The notes beneath the pieces are model-generated. The model did no database searches. It was given only the letters and a program-made list of their open reading frames with translations, and had not been told where the DNA came from. A DNA stretch of 64,000 nucleotides from Candidatus Marinacidobacterium sp. Its GTDB lineage: Bacteria > Acidobacteriota > Vicinamibacteria > Marinacidobacterales > Marinacidobacteraceae. The stretch is taken from contig OZ242011.1 of NCBI GenBank assembly GCA_965204755.1, positions 3,040,001-3,104,000 on the forward strand, read 5' to 3'. Positions 1 to 11,038 of this stretch are shown here, in pieces; within the stretch, counting starts at the first letter, position 1, and the number at the start of each line of letters is the position of its first letter. The position numbers and the translations under genes are program-made.

Positions 1-1264
1 AGGTTCGGAGACCATCCAGACCCACCTGCGCCGGGACATCCTCGACGAGTCCGGGTTCCGCCTCTCCCGGCTGCTTGACCTCGGCGACTGGATCGGGGTG
101 GAAGGCCCCGTCTTCCGGACCCGCGCCGGGGAGTTCACCGTCCGCGCCGACTCGCTCACGCTGCTGGCGAAGGCGCTGCTGCCGCTCCCGGAGAAGTGGC
201 ACGGGCTCGCCGACCGCGACCTCCGCTACCGCAAGCGCTACCTCGACCTGGCGGCGAACGCCTCGACCCGCCGGGTCTTCGAGCGGCGGGCGGCGACCGT
301 CCGGGCGCTCCGGGCCCACCTCGACGACGACGGGTTCCTCGAAGTGGAGACGCCGATGCTGCAGCCGCTGGCCACCGGAGCGGCGGCCCGGCCCTTCGTC
401 ACCCACCACCGGGCGCTCGATCTCGAACTCTTCCTGCGGGTCGCCCCCGAGTTGTACCTGAAGCGGCTGGTCGTCGGCGGCTTCCCCCGCGTGTACGAAA
501 TCAACCGCAACTTCCGCAACGAAGGCCTCTCCACCCGCCACAACCCGGAGTTCACCATGCTGGAGGCCTACCGCGCGTTCAGCGACTGCGCCGACATGAT
601 GGCCCTCACCGAACGGCTGGTGGCCGCCGCCGCGAGGGCGGTCCTCGGCGACGAACCGGCCCGGTTCGGAGACCGGGAGATCCGCTTCGAAGCCCCGTTC
701 CGCCGGGAGTCGCTGACCGGGGCGACCGTTTCCGCCCTCGCCGGGCGCGGGTTCGAGTTGGACCCGGCCCGCGCGCTCGAAGAGCCGGAGCGGCTCGCCG
801 AAGCCCACGAGAGGTTGGAAGTCGTCCTCCCCGAAGCGCGCACTCCGGGGAAACTCCTCGTGAGCCTCTTCGAGGCGCTGGTCGAAGATTCGCTGACGGA
901 ACCGACCTTCATCACCGGCTACCCGACCGAGGTCTCCCCGCTCTCGAAGGCCGACCCGAGAGATCCCCGCTACGCCGAGCGGTTCGAACTCTTCGCCGGC
1001 GGACTCGAAGTCGCGAACGGCTTCTCCGAACTCAACGATCCCGACGAACAGGAGTCCCGGTTCGGCGAGCAGATGGCGCGCCGGCAGCGCGGCGAGGAGC
1101 ACGCCATGGATCGCGACTACATCGAGGCGCTGCTCCACGGCCTCCCGCCCACCGGCGGCGTGGGCGTGGGCGTGGACCGGCTGGTCATGCTGTTCACCGA
1201 CTCGCCGGCCATCCGCGATGTGATCCTGTTCCCGCACCTGCGGCCTCGGAGCGCCGCCCCCTGA
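1..1264 (+). CDS. lysS: Lysyl-tRNA synthetase class II (5'-truncated by window edge)
   Basis: LPLPEKWHGL, FLEVETPM, APELYLKRL, NRNFRNEG, HNPEFTMLE, GLPPTGGVGVGVDRLVM, IRDVILFP motifs. Confidence 0.97.
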   Translation, partial: GSETIQTHLRRDILDESGFRLSRLLDLGDWIGVEGPVFRTRAGEFTVRADSLTLLAKALLPLPEKWHGLADRDLRYRKRYLDLAANASTRRVFERRAATVRALRAHLDDDGFLEVETPMLQPLATGAAARPFVTHHRALDLELFLRVAPELYLKRLVVGGFPRVYEINRNFRNEGLSTRHNPEFTMLEAYRAFSDCADMMALTERLVAAAARAVLGDEPARFGDREIRFEAPFRRESLTGATVSALAGRGFELDPARALEEPERLAEAHERLEVVLPEARTPGKLLVSLFEALVEDSLTEPTFITGYPTEVSPLSKADPRDPRYAERFELFAGGLEVANGFSELNDPDEQESRFGEQMARRQRGEEHAMDRDYIEALLHGLPPTGGVGVGVDRLVMLFTDSPAIRDVILFPHLRPRSAAP

Positions 1265-1338
1265 GCGCGGCGCCGGCGACCCCCGCCGCGTCGGGCGGCG
1301 GCCGCTCCTCCCGCCGCCCTCCGACCCGGTTCGGGCGG

Positions 1339-2574
1339 GTGTCCGCCAGGTTGCCGTTCGAACTGCAACTCGCCTCGCGCTACCTGATGGTGCACCGGCG
1401 GGGGCTGTTCATCTCGGTGATCTCCGCCGTCTCCGCCGTCGGCGTCGTCCTCGGCGTGGCGATCCTGCTGGTGGCGCTGGCCATCATGACCGGCTTCCAG
1501 GGCGAACTGCGTGAGCGCATCCTGGGCGCGCTCTCGCACCTCACCGTGTACAGCCGTTCGCAGGACGGCTTCACCGACTACCCGGAGGCGATCGCCCGGC
1601 TGGAGGCGGTGCCCGGCGTGGAGGCGGCCGCCCCGGTGATCTACGGCAAGGCGCTGGCGGTCGCCCGGCGGACCGCCTTGGTCACCCTGAAGGGCGTGGA
1701 CCCGGAACTCGAACCGGCGGTGAGCGAGTTCGCCGACCGCATGGTGTCCGGCCGGTTCGCCGACCTCGCGGAGTCGCCGGAGGGCGAGCCGCCGCCGGTC
1801 GTCCTGGGCGAGGAACTCGCGCTGGCGCTCGGGGTCGCCGCCGGGGACCCGGTGCGGCTCATCGTCCCGGAGGGCGACCTGACGCCGCTGGGGGTGATCC
1901 CGGCGAGCCGCCGGTTCCGGGTCGCCGGGACCTTCCGCCTGGGCCTGTTCGACTACGACAACGCCTGGGCGCTCCTCCCGCTCCGGGAGGCGCAGCGGCT
2001 CACCGGCCTCGCCGGCGAAGCGGGGCGCCTCGAGGCGCGCGCCGAGGACCTGTTCGCCGTCCGCGAAGTCGAAGCGGAGGCCGCCCGGGCGCTCGGCCCG
2101 GGGTTCTCCACCCTGAACTGGATCGACCTGAACACCACGCTGTTCTCGGCGTTCTGGCTGGAGAAACTGGCGGCGGCGCTCTTCGTGAGTTTCATCGTGG
2201 GCGTGGCGGCGCTCAACATCGTCGCCGGACAGATCGTCACCGTCATCGAAAAGACCCGCGACATCGCCGTCCTGCGGGCGATGGGCGCGACGCGCCGCTC
2301 GGTGATGGCGCTCTTCATGGCGCAGGGGGCGATCATCGGCCTCGCCGGGACCGCGCTCGGGGCCGCGCTCGGCGTCGCCGCCTGCAGCGCGCTCGACGGG
2401 CGGATCCGCATCCCGGAGGATGTCTACCAGATCACCGCGGTCCCGTTCACCCTGCTCCCCGGCGACCTGGCGCTGGTCTGCCTGTTCGCCCCGGTGGTCT
2501 GTTTCCTGGCCACCATCTACCCCGCCCGTCGGGCGGCGGCGCTCGTCATCACCGACGCGCTGCGATTCCAGTGA
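1339..2574 (+). CDS. lolE: Lipoprotein-releasing ABC transporter permease LolC/E family
   Basis: ISVISAVSAVGVVLGVA...AIMTGFQGELRERILG; EKTRDIAVLRAMGA; ATIYPARRAA; start (GTG 1339) estimated. Confidence 0.88.
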   Translation: MSARLPFELQLASRYLMVHRRGLFISVISAVSAVGVVLGVAILLVALAIMTGFQGELRERILGALSHLTVYSRSQDGFTDYPEAIARLEAVPGVEAAAPVIYGKALAVARRTALVTLKGVDPELEPAVSEFADRMVSGRFADLAESPEGEPPPVVLGEELALALGVAAGDPVRLIVPEGDLTPLGVIPASRRFRVAGTFRLGLFDYDNAWALLPLREAQRLTGLAGEAGRLEARAEDLFAVREVEAEAARALGPGFSTLNWIDLNTTLFSAFWLEKLAAALFVSFIVGVAALNIVAGQIVTVIEKTRDIAVLRAMGATRRSVMALFMAQGAIIGLAGTALGAALGVAACSALDGRIRIPEDVYQITAVPFTLLPGDLALVCLFAPVVCFLATIYPARRAAALVITDALRFQ

Positions 2575-3365
2575 CCGCCGCCGGCGACGGGGCCCGGCCG
2601 CTGCTCCGGGCCCGCGGCCTGGTGAAGGGTTTCGGCGCCGGCGCCGCCCGGATCCCGGTGCTCCGGGGCCTCGACTTCGACGCCGCCGCCGGGGAGATGG
2701 TGGCGGTGGTGGGCCGGAGCGGGGTGGGGAAGACCACGCTCCTCCAGGTGCTCGGCCTCCTCGACCGGCCGGAGGCCGGCTCGCTCGACTTCGCCGGGGA
2801 GGACGCGGCGGCGCTTCCCGAACGCGCCGCCGCCGCCTTCCGCAACCGCCGCGTGGGGTTCGTCTTCCAGCACCACCGCCTGCTCCCCGAACTGACCGCC
2901 GTGGAGAACGCCTCGCTCCCGCTCCGCATCCGGCGCGAGCCGAGAAGGCGCGCCGAGTCCCGGGCGGAGGCGCTCCTCGCCGACCTCGGGCTCGGCGACC
3001 GGCTCCACCACCGGGCGGAAGAACTGAGCGGCGGGGAGCAGCAGCGGGTGGCGGTGGCCCGCGCGCTCGCCGGCGAGCCCTCCCTGCTCCTCGCCGACGA
3101 ACCGACCGGGAACCTCGACGACGAATCCAGCGCCCTGCTCATGGATCTCCTGGTCCGGCTTCACCGGGCGCGGGGGCTCACCGCCGTCATCGCCACCCAC
3201 AGCGGAGCGGTCGCCGGGCGCTGCGGCCGGGCGCTCCGGCTGGAGGGCGGCGTCCTGCGCCCGGCCGGCGGCGGCCCCGGCCCGCTCCCGCCGGCAGCCG
3301 GTCGAGGGAGTCCGGGGAGCGCCCGCCCGGGCGAGGCGCGGGGCGCTTTTTCCGCGGGCTGCTAA
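2571..3365 (+). CDS. lolD: Lipoprotein-releasing ABC transporter ATP-binding protein
   Basis: GRSGVGKTT, GFVFQHHRLLPELTA, LSGGEQQRVAVARAL, LADEPTGNLD; overlaps lolE stop. Confidence 0.9.
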   Translation: MTAAGDGARPLLRARGLVKGFGAGAARIPVLRGLDFDAAAGEMVAVVGRSGVGKTTLLQVLGLLDRPEAGSLDFAGEDAAALPERAAAAFRNRRVGFVFQHHRLLPELTAVENASLPLRIRREPRRRAESRAEALLADLGLGDRLHHRAEELSGGEQQRVAVARALAGEPSLLLADEPTGNLDDESSALLMDLLVRLHRARGLTAVIATHSGAVAGRCGRALRLEGGVLRPAGGGPGPLPPAAGRGSPGSARPGEARGAFSAGC

Positions 3366-3405
3366 ATTCCGGCCCGGCAACCGATTCCCGACCCCCGGCC
3401 GGGGG

Positions 3406-5910
3406 ATGACTTCCATGTTCGAGCGTTATACGGAGAGCGCCAAGAGGGTCATCTTTTTCGCCCGCCACGACGCCTCGCAACTCGGCGGGGATGCCATCGA
3501 GGCCGAGCACCTGCTGCTCGGGGTGCTGCGCGAACCGGAGGGGCTGACCGCCTCCATCTTCAGCCGCCTCCACATCTCCCCGGACCAGGTCCGGCGCGAA
3601 GTCCGCAGCCATGTGCTGCTCCGCGACTCCGTCTCCACTTCGGTGGAGATCCCGCTCTCGGCGGAGTCGAAGAAGGTGCTGCAGACCGCCCGGGAAGAGG
3701 CCGACCGGATGCGGAGCGACGCCATCGGCACGGAACACCTCCTCCTCGGCCTGGTGGAAGCGGAGGGGACGGCGGCGGCCAAGATCCTGGCCCGCCAGGG
3801 AGTCCGCGCCCCGGTGGTCCGGGAAGCGCTGGACTCGCGGGCGCTCCGCCGCCCGGCCAAGAAGGCCCGCGAAACGCCGCTGCTGGCCGAATTCTCGGTG
3901 GACCTCACCCAGGCCGCCGCCGAAGGCAAACTCGATCCGCTGATCGGGCGCGGCCCGGAACTCGAGCGGGTGATCCAGGTGCTCTGCCGCCGCACCAAGA
4001 ACAACCCGGTGCTCATCGGCGAACCGGGGACCGGGAAGACCGCGATCGTCGAGGGGCTCGCCAGCCGGATCGCCGGCGGCGACTGCCCGATCTTCCTCTC
4101 CGACCGCCGCATCCGCTCGCTGGACATCTCGCTCGTCGTCGCCGGCACCAAGTACCGCGGCCAGTTCGAAGAGCGGCTGAAGGCGATCCTGAAGGAACTC
4201 CGGGAAGCCTCCGACTGCATCATCTTCGTGGACGAACTCCATACCCTGGTGGGCGCCGGCTCCGCCGAAGGCTCGCTCGACGCCGCGAACATCCTGAAGC
4301 CGGCGCTCTCCCGCGACGGCATCCAGTGCATCGGCGCCACCACGCCCGCCGAATACCGGATGCACATCGAGCGCGACCGCAGTCTGGAGCGCCGCTTCCA
4401 GGGCGTCCGGGTGAACGCGCCGAGCGACGAGGAGACCATCGTGATCCTCAAGGGCGTGAAGGAACGCTACGAGCGGTTCCACCGCGTGCGGTACGACGAC
4501 GAAGCGGTGGACGCCGCGGTCCGCCAGGCGCAGCGCTACCTGACCGACCGATTCCTCCCGGACAAGTCGGTGGACCTGCTCGACGAAGCCGGCAGCCGGG
4601 TCAAGTTGCGCGACAACCGGGTGTCCAACGAGTTCAGCGCGGTGCGGCGGCGCATCCGGGACATCCGCCGGAGGAAGGACCGCGCCTTCGGCGAGAACGA
4701 CCTCGAACGCGCCTCGCTGGCCCAGGACGAAGAAAACGGCGAGCGCGAGACCCTGCGGGCGTTGAAGCGCGAGTGGCAGGAGCGGGACGCCGATCCGCCG
4801 GCGGTCACCCGCCGGGACATAGACGAAGTCGTCGCGGACTGGACCGGGATCCCCATCGGTTCCATCGAAGAAGAGGAGAGCCGCAAACTGCTGAGGATCG
4901 AAGAAGTCCTGCACCGCCGCATCGTCGCCCAGAACGAAGCGGTCTCGCGGGTGGCGAAGGCCATCCGCCGGGCGCGGGCCGGAGTGGGGAGTCCGCACCG
5001 TCCCGGCGGCGTCTTCCTGTTCCTCGGGCCGTCGGGCGTCGGCAAGACGGAAGTGGCGCGCTCGCTCGCGGAGTTCCTGCTAGGAACGGAACAGGCGCTG
5101 CTGCGTTTCGACATGAGCGAGTACCTGGAGCGCCACTCGGTCTCGCGGTTCATCGGCTCCCCTCCGGGGTATGTCGGCTACGGCGAGGGAGGCCAACTCA
5201 CCGAGCGCGTCCGGCGAAACCCCTACTCCGTGCTCCTGCTCGACGAGATCGAAAAGGCCCATCCCGATGTCTGGAACCTGCTCCTCCAGGTCTTCGAGGA
5301 CGGCCGGCTCACCGACGGGCTCGGGAACACCGTGGACTTCAAGAACACGATCATCGTCATGACCAGCAACCTCGGCGCGCGGCACCTGCAAAAGCAGTCG
5401 GTGCCCGGATTCGCGCCTTCGGACCCGGCCGGGCGGAAGAGGGCGATGCGCGACCTCATCTCCGGCGAAGTGAAGAAGACCTTCACGCCGGAGTTCCTGA
5501 ACCGCCTCGACGCGACCGTCCTGTTCGACCCGCTGACCCGGGAGGACCTGGCGGCGATCCTGCGCCGGATGATCGCCCGGATGAACGAGGATCTCGAAGG
5601 ACGGCGGTTCACCGTGTCGCTGTCCCCCGAGGCCGAGGAGTTCCTGGTGCGGGTGACGCTGCGCGATCCGGCGTACGGCGCCCGGCCGCTGCGGCGGGCG
5701 ATCCAGAAGCATGTGGAGGACCCGCTCTCGGAGGCGGTGCTCGGCGGCGAAATCGAGCCGGGGGGGGAAGTGGCGCTCGACTACCGGGAGAAACCGGCGA
5801 TCCGCGCCGGCGCCTCCGGCGCGGAGGACGGGGCCGGCGGCGAGGAGGACGACGAAGCGGGCGGCGAACTCTTCGTCCGGGTAGCCGAGTTGGAGGCGGC
5901 GCTGGCGTAA
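3406..5910 (+). CDS. clpC: ATP-dependent Clp protease ATP-binding subunit
   Basis: MFERYTE ClpN repeats, [50 protein letters not shown]. Confidence 0.95.
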   Translation: MTSMFERYTESAKRVIFFARHDASQLGGDAIEAEHLLLGVLREPEGLTASIFSRLHISPDQVRREVRSHVLLRDSVSTSVEIPLSAESKKVLQTAREEADRMRSDAIGTEHLLLGLVEAEGTAAAKILARQGVRAPVVREALDSRALRRPAKKARETPLLAEFSVDLTQAAAEGKLDPLIGRGPELERVIQVLCRRTKNNPVLIGEPGTGKTAIVEGLASRIAGGDCPIFLSDRRIRSLDISLVVAGTKYRGQFEERLKAILKELREASDCIIFVDELHTLVGAGSAEGSLDAANILKPALSRDGIQCIGATTPAEYRMHIERDRSLERRFQGVRVNAPSDEETIVILKGVKERYERFHRVRYDDEAVDAAVRQAQRYLTDRFLPDKSVDLLDEAGSRVKLRDNRVSNEFSAVRRRIRDIRRRKDRAFGENDLERASLAQDEENGERETLRALKREWQERDADPPAVTRRDIDEVVADWTGIPIGSIEEEESRKLLRIEEVLHRRIVAQNEAVSRVAKAIRRARAGVGSPHRPGGVFLFLGPSGVGKTEVARSLAEFLLGTEQALLRFDMSEYLERHSVSRFIGSPPGYVGYGEGGQLTERVRRNPYSVLLLDEIEKAHPDVWNLLLQVFEDGRLTDGLGNTVDFKNTIIVMTSNLGARHLQKQSVPGFAPSDPAGRKRAMRDLISGEVKKTFTPEFLNRLDATVLFDPLTREDLAAILRRMIARMNEDLEGRRFTVSLSPEAEEFLVRVTLRDPAYGARPLRRAIQKHVEDPLSEAVLGGEIEPGGEVALDYREKPAIRAGASGAEDGAGGEEDDEAGGELFVRVAELEAALA

Positions 5911-8450
5911 TGCGGCTCCGCTCGCTCTTCCGCTTCGCGCTCGCCGGGGCGCTCGGACTCGCCGCTCCGGTTTTCGCCGGCGCCGGTCTCGCAGAAACCG
6001 GTTTCGCCGCTCCCGGTTTCGCCGCTCCCGGTTTCGCCGCTCCCGGTTTTGCCGCTCCCGGTTTCGCCGAAGCCGCGCCCGAAGCGGCGCCCCAAGCCGC
6101 CGAGACCGTGGAGTCGGTGGTCATCGAAGGCAACGACCTGATCCCCGAGGACGCCTGGCTCGCGCACCTCACGGTGAAGGCCGGCGACCCGGTGGACCGG
6201 GAGGCGCTCCGCGCCGAGTTCCGGACGCTCTGGGACGCCGGTTTCGCCGATGACCTGCGGCTCGAACTGCGCGACGGGCCCGGCGGCGGCAAGGTGGTCG
6301 CGTTCGTCGTCCACGAGCGGCCCCGGATCGCCGCCGTGGAATTCCTCGGCTCGGAGGAACTCGACGACGACGAGATCCTCGAAAAACTCGAGGAAGAAGA
6401 CGCCCGGATGCCGCTCGACGCGCCCTACGACCCGGACAAGGTGGTGCGCGCGCGCGAAGTGATCGCCGAGATGCTGGTGGACAAGGGCCGCACCGAAGGC
6501 GCGGTCGAGAGCCAGATCCACGAGGACGAGGCCGGCGTCCGCATCGTCTTCCAGATCCGGGACGAACAGCAGGTGCGCATCCGCCGCGTCCGGTTCACCG
6601 GGGTCGAAGCGCTCGACGCATGGGTGCTCCGCTGGGCGATGAAGAAGACCCGCGAGAGCCACGCCCTCGGCGCGCTGCTCGGCGGCTCCACCTATACCGA
6701 GGAGCAGTACGGGGAAGACATCGAAAGCGTCCGGCAGGAATACCTGAAGCGCGGCTACCTCGATGTGTCCTTCGGCCCGCCGCAGATGAGTTACGAAGAC
6801 GGCCATTCCCGTTCGTTCCTCTTCTGGAAGCGGCCGAAGCGGTGGATGGACATCACCATCCCGGTGGTGGAAGGCGAGCAGTACCGGGTGGGCGAAGTCA
6901 CCGTCGAAGGCGCGGAAGTCCTCCCGGCGGAGATCGTCCGGGGTTTCTTCCCGCTCGTGGCGGGCGCGGTGTACGACGAATCGCAGGTGAACGACGGCCT
7001 GGAATCGCTCCGCGAGATCTACGGCGCCCGGGGGTATGTGCAGTTCACCGGTTTCCCGACCTGGCGCCGCCGGGAGGAGCCGGAGACCGGCGAGAAGATC
7101 GTGGATGTGGTGGTCAACCTCGCCGAGGAAGACCAGTTCCTGGTGAACCGGATCGAGTTCCGCGGCAACTCCACCACCAAGGACCGGGTGATCCGCCGCG
7201 AGATGTGGCTGAACGAGCAGGACATCATGAACATGGAACTGCTCAAGGCGTCCATCCAGCGCATCAACCAACTCGGCTACTTCCGGCCGATCGAGCAGCC
7301 GGAGATCCAGCCCAGCCCCGAAGACGAGACCAAACTGGACATCACCCTCGACCTGGTCGAAGAGAACCGGAACCAGTTGACCTTCGGCGCCGGCGTGTCC
7401 GGCCTCGAAGGCTTCTTCGCGAACGCTTCGTTCGGTACGACGAACTTCCTCGGGCGGGGAGAGACGGCGAACTTCACCATCCAGGCCGGCAACCGCACGC
7501 AGAACTACCAGATCGCCATCACCGATCCCTACTTCATGGACAAGCCGGTGACGCTCGGGTTCGATGTGTTCCGGCGGACGCTGAAGTTGCGCGAGTTCAC
7601 CCGGGACGACATCGGGGGCCGCATCGTGTTCGGCCTGCCGATCGGCCGGTGGTCGAGGGCCTTCCTGAACTACGGCTACTCGGTGATCACCGTCCGGGAA
7701 CCGGACCCGGACATCGTCCTGAACCTCTACGACCTCTACTACAACAGCACCTACCTCGATCCCCGGTTCTTCGGCCTCTCGGGCAACTTCCGCGAGAGCA
7801 AGATCAGCCCGACCTATGTGTACAACACCGTGGACCATCCGATCTTCCCGAGCACCGGGAGGAAACTCACCGCGTCCTTCGATGTGGCCGGCGGCCGGCT
7901 GGGCGGGAATGTCCACTACTACAAGCCGACGCTCGAGGGCGTGCTCCATACCCGGCTCATGGCCGGCACCTCGCTCGGACTCCGCGTGATGGGGAGTTAC
8001 CTCCACGGGTATGGCGGGGTGGCTCCGCCGGACGGCGAACCGATCGACATCTTCGATGTGGAGCAGACCGGCGTGCCTTACTACAACCGGTTCTTCATGG
8101 GCGGCGAGTACCAGATCCGCGGCTTCTACATCCGCTCCGTGGGCCCCCGGAACGAGGCCGGCCAGTTGCTCGGCGGGAACAAGATGCTGCTGTTCAACGC
8201 GGAGTACGCCATACCGCTCGCCGGGCCGCTGCGCGCCATCCTGTTCTTCGACGCCGGCAACGCCTTCGCCGAGGAGACCTCCTGGGGTTTCTCCATGCTC
8301 CAGAACTTCCGCACCTCGACCGGGATCGAGATGCGCGTCTTCATCCCGATGCTGAATGTGCCGTTCCGGCTCATCTTCGCCTACAATCCCCACCGGGACT
8401 ACTACCACCGGCCTACGGCGTTCGTCTTCGGGATCGGAACGACCTTCTAG
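5910..8450 (+). CDS. bamA: Outer membrane protein assembly factor BamA
   Basis: POTRA repeats (IEFRGNSTTKDRVIRRE), NFLGRG, FFMGGEYQIRGF, C-terminal FGIGTTF; ATG overlaps clpC TAA. Confidence 0.93.
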   Translation: MRLRSLFRFALAGALGLAAPVFAGAGLAETGFAAPGFAAPGFAAPGFAAPGFAEAAPEAAPQAAETVESVVIEGNDLIPEDAWLAHLTVKAGDPVDREALRAEFRTLWDAGFADDLRLELRDGPGGGKVVAFVVHERPRIAAVEFLGSEELDDDEILEKLEEEDARMPLDAPYDPDKVVRAREVIAEMLVDKGRTEGAVESQIHEDEAGVRIVFQIRDEQQVRIRRVRFTGVEALDAWVLRWAMKKTRESHALGALLGGSTYTEEQYGEDIESVRQEYLKRGYLDVSFGPPQMSYEDGHSRSFLFWKRPKRWMDITIPVVEGEQYRVGEVTVEGAEVLPAEIVRGFFPLVAGAVYDESQVNDGLESLREIYGARGYVQFTGFPTWRRREEPETGEKIVDVVVNLAEEDQFLVNRIEFRGNSTTKDRVIRREMWLNEQDIMNMELLKASIQRINQLGYFRPIEQPEIQPSPEDETKLDITLDLVEENRNQLTFGAGVSGLEGFFANASFGTTNFLGRGETANFTIQAGNRTQNYQIAITDPYFMDKPVTLGFDVFRRTLKLREFTRDDIGGRIVFGLPIGRWSRAFLNYGYSVITVREPDPDIVLNLYDLYYNSTYLDPRFFGLSGNFRESKISPTYVYNTVDHPIFPSTGRKLTASFDVAGGRLGGNVHYYKPTLEGVLHTRLMAGTSLGLRVMGSYLHGYGGVAPPDGEPIDIFDVEQTGVPYYNRFFMGGEYQIRGFYIRSVGPRNEAGQLLGGNKMLLFNAEYAIPLAGPLRAILFFDAGNAFAEETSWGFSMLQNFRTSTGIEMRVFIPMLNVPFRLIFAYNPHRDYYHRPTAFVFGIGTTF
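5998..6070 (+). repeat. 15-bp in-frame tandem repeat (GFAAP) near the N-terminus of bamA
   Basis: ccggtttcgccgctc repeated ~4-5 times. Confidence 0.9.
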
Positions 8451-8553
8451 GCCGCATTCGCGCGCGCCGGCCCGAAACGCCTCGGAGCGAACCCGGACGG
8501 GACGATCCGTGATCGAAGCGAGCGCCCGGCGCCCCCAGGAGTTGACTCTGGCC

Positions 8554-9156
8554 ATGAACCTTCCCGCGCGTACCGCGCTTCGCCCTTCCGCCCGCCGGCC
8601 CGCCCGGGCGCTTTCCGCCGCCCTCCTGGCCTGCGCCGCCCTCCTGGCCGGGGCCGCCTTCCCGGCCGCCGCGCTCGCGCAGACCGCCGAGCCCACCCGG
8701 GTCGCCGTGATCGACATAGACCGGATCGCCCAGGAGTCGGAGCGCGGCCAGGCGCTCATCGAGGAGTTCCAGGGCCTCCAGGAAGAGATCCTGCGCGGGC
8801 GGCAGACCCGGGAGCAGGAGATCCGCGACCTCACGAACCGCGCCGGGTCCCAACTCCTGTCCGCCGAGGCGCGCGCCGACATCACCCGCGACATCGAGCG
8901 CAAGCAGACCGACCTGCAGCGGTGGCTCGAAGACCAGCAGCGCGACTTCAACGAACGCCAGACCACCGGCTTCCAGGCGCTCGAACAGGAACTCGGCCCG
9001 GTGGTCGAGGAAGTGGCCCGCGAACGGGGAATCCAACTCATCTTCCGGGTCACGCCCGGCCTCACCTTCATCATGGACGCGGCCCTCGACATCTCCCCGG
9101 AAGTGATCCAGCGGTTCAACTCCCGCGCCGGGGGCGAAGGTTCGGAGCAGCCGTAA
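8554..9156 (+). CDS. skp: OmpH/Skp periplasmic chaperone
   Basis: Signal peptide, RVAVIDIDRI, coiled coil, LDISPEVIQRFN; follows bamA. Confidence 0.85.
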   Translation: MNLPARTALRPSARRPARALSAALLACAALLAGAAFPAAALAQTAEPTRVAVIDIDRIAQESERGQALIEEFQGLQEEILRGRQTREQEIRDLTNRAGSQLLSAEARADITRDIERKQTDLQRWLEDQQRDFNERQTTGFQALEQELGPVVEEVARERGIQLIFRVTPGLTFIMDAALDISPEVIQRFNSRAGGEGSEQP

Positions 9157-9193
9157 GGCGCGGCCGGCGCCCGGCGCGCCGGCGCCACGAGCG

Positions 9194-9607
9194 ATGACCC
9201 CCACCCCGGCGCCCCGGCCGCTCCTCGATCCCGACCCGACCGGGGGGGCCTTTCGCGGGCGGCGGTCGTTCCCCGCCGACGAACCCTTCTTCGCCGGGCA
9301 CTTTCCCGGCCTGCCGGTCGTTCCGGGCGTCTTCCTGCTCGAGGCGATGGCGGAGTGCGTCCGCGCCGGCCTCGCTGAGGGGAGCGCCGGCCCCGCCGGG
9401 GAAAGCACCGGTCCGGCGGGGGTGCTGCGGCTCCGCGGCGTGACCGGCGCGCGCTTCCGCCGGCGGATCGAGCCGGGGGACCGGGTGGACTTCGAGGCCC
9501 GCGAGTCGGAAGCGGACCCCGCTTCGCCGGCGGGCGGCCGCCGCTTCCGGGCGGAGGGCCTCGTGGACGGGCGACGGGCCGTCGAGGCGACGCTGGAGTT
9601 CGCGTGA
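9194..9607 (+). CDS. FabZ/FabA-like hotdog-fold dehydratase (short)
   Basis: EPFFAGHFPGLPVVPGVFLLEAMA and ARFRRRIEPGD motifs; lacks the usual N-terminal LPHR motif. Confidence 0.75.
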   Translation: MTPTPAPRPLLDPDPTGGAFRGRRSFPADEPFFAGHFPGLPVVPGVFLLEAMAECVRAGLAEGSAGPAGESTGPAGVLRLRGVTGARFRRRIEPGDRVDFEARESEADPASPAGGRRFRAEGLVDGRRAVEATLEFA

Positions 9608-9714
9608 ACCGGGTGCTGCCCGGCTCTTCGCCTCCGCGCGCCCGCCGGTTTCGGGACCTCCGGCGGCGGGCCGAGCGTTAGAGGCGCGCGAGGGAGCACC
9701 GGGACGCGCGCCGC

Positions 9715-11022
9715 ATGAGTTCGGAGTTGTTGGGGCTCCGGCCGCCCCCGGAGGAGACTTCCGGCGGGCGCGCGCCAAGCCGCCCGAAGCGCGCCGCCCC
9801 GCCGTTCCCCCGCCGGGCCGGCGCCCGGGCCCGGGCGGCCCGCCCCTCCGGGCCGCGCCCGCCGGCCCCGGCCCGCCCGGCGCTCGCCGGCCTGAGCCGG
9901 GGCGGGACGACCGATGTCCTCGTCCGGACGAGCCGCCGGCGGGCGCTGGGGGTGGCCGGCGGTTCCTTCGGCTTCCACCTCCTGCTGCTGCTCGCCCTCC
10001 TCGGCCGGTTGATCCCCCTGCCGGAGGGCCAACCGCTCCCGGTCGCCGCGGAGGAGGCCGAGCCGCTGCTCTACGCCTTCGAGGCCCCGCCGGACCTCGC
10101 GGTCGAGGAGCCGCCGCCCGCCGACCTCGTCCCGCTGACCCCGCCGACTCCCGAACCGGAACCGCCGCCGGAGGCGCCCGCCCCCCCGCCGGCCGCCGCG
10201 CTCGTCATCCCCGAAGCGCAGATCGCCGTCCCCTCGACCGGCTTCCAGAACGACCTCCCCTTCTCCGAGGGGGACACCGACGAGTTCTTCACCGACACCG
10301 AGGCCGGCGAGGACCCGGACGCCGCGCGCGAGAACGAGGAGCGGACGGCGCTCGCCGCGGCGGAGGCGGCGGAGGAGGCCGCCGCCGAAGCGATGCTCGC
10401 CGAGGCGCTCGCCGAAGAAATGCCCGAATCGGTCTCCGACCCGGAGCGCCCCTTCGCCTCTCCGCTCGACGACCGGCTGCGGTTCGACGAAGACGCCTTC
10501 CGGGAGCGGATCCGGGACCCGGCGGCGGAAGTGCGGCGGCTCGCCTCCGACCTGGCGCGCCGGAACGCCCGCCGCCAGGCGCGGGAAGAGGAGCGCCGGC
10601 GCGGCGCACCGACGGACATCTGGCGGTTCCTGGAAGGCAAGCGGTTCCGCAACCCCGAAGGAGGCCTGGTCTCCAACCGGAACAACACCCTCTACTACGA
10701 CGACCGGGGCGCGAACCTGGTCCCCTGGATCACCCGGCTCATCGCCGAAGTCCGCCGCAACTGGTATGTCCCCTACGCCGCCTCCTACCAGGCCGGCCAT
10801 GTGGCCATCGCCATCAGCGTGCTGCGGAGCGGCGAACTGGCCTGGCTGCAGGTGGTCATCCCCTCCGGCGTCCCCGGTTTCGACAACGCCGCCGTCGGCG
10901 CGCTGCAGGGAGCGCAACTGCTCCCGCTCCCCGACGACTACCCGGGCAACGACTTCGAGATCATGTTGGTCTTCTGGTACAACGAGCAGCCCTACGACCT
11001 CTTCGGTTCCTCGAAGCCCTGA
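9715..11022 (+). CDS. TonB C-terminal domain protein
   Basis: TM anchor (SFGFHLLLLL), Pro/Glu-rich linker, C-terminal VRRNWYVP...SGVPGFDNAAVGAL...PLPDDYP. Confidence 0.8.
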   Translation: MSSELLGLRPPPEETSGGRAPSRPKRAAPPFPRRAGARARAARPSGPRPPAPARPALAGLSRGGTTDVLVRTSRRRALGVAGGSFGFHLLLLLALLGRLIPLPEGQPLPVAAEEAEPLLYAFEAPPDLAVEEPPPADLVPLTPPTPEPEPPPEAPAPPPAAALVIPEAQIAVPSTGFQNDLPFSEGDTDEFFTDTEAGEDPDAARENEERTALAAAEAAEEAAAEAMLAEALAEEMPESVSDPERPFASPLDDRLRFDEDAFRERIRDPAAEVRRLASDLARRNARRQAREEERRRGAPTDIWRFLEGKRFRNPEGGLVSNRNNTLYYDDRGANLVPWITRLIAEVRRNWYVPYAASYQAGHVAIAISVLRSGELAWLQVVIPSGVPGFDNAAVGALQGAQLLPLPDDYPGNDFEIMLVFWYNEQPYDLFGSSKP

Positions 11023-11038
11023 CCGCCGGCCCGCGATT

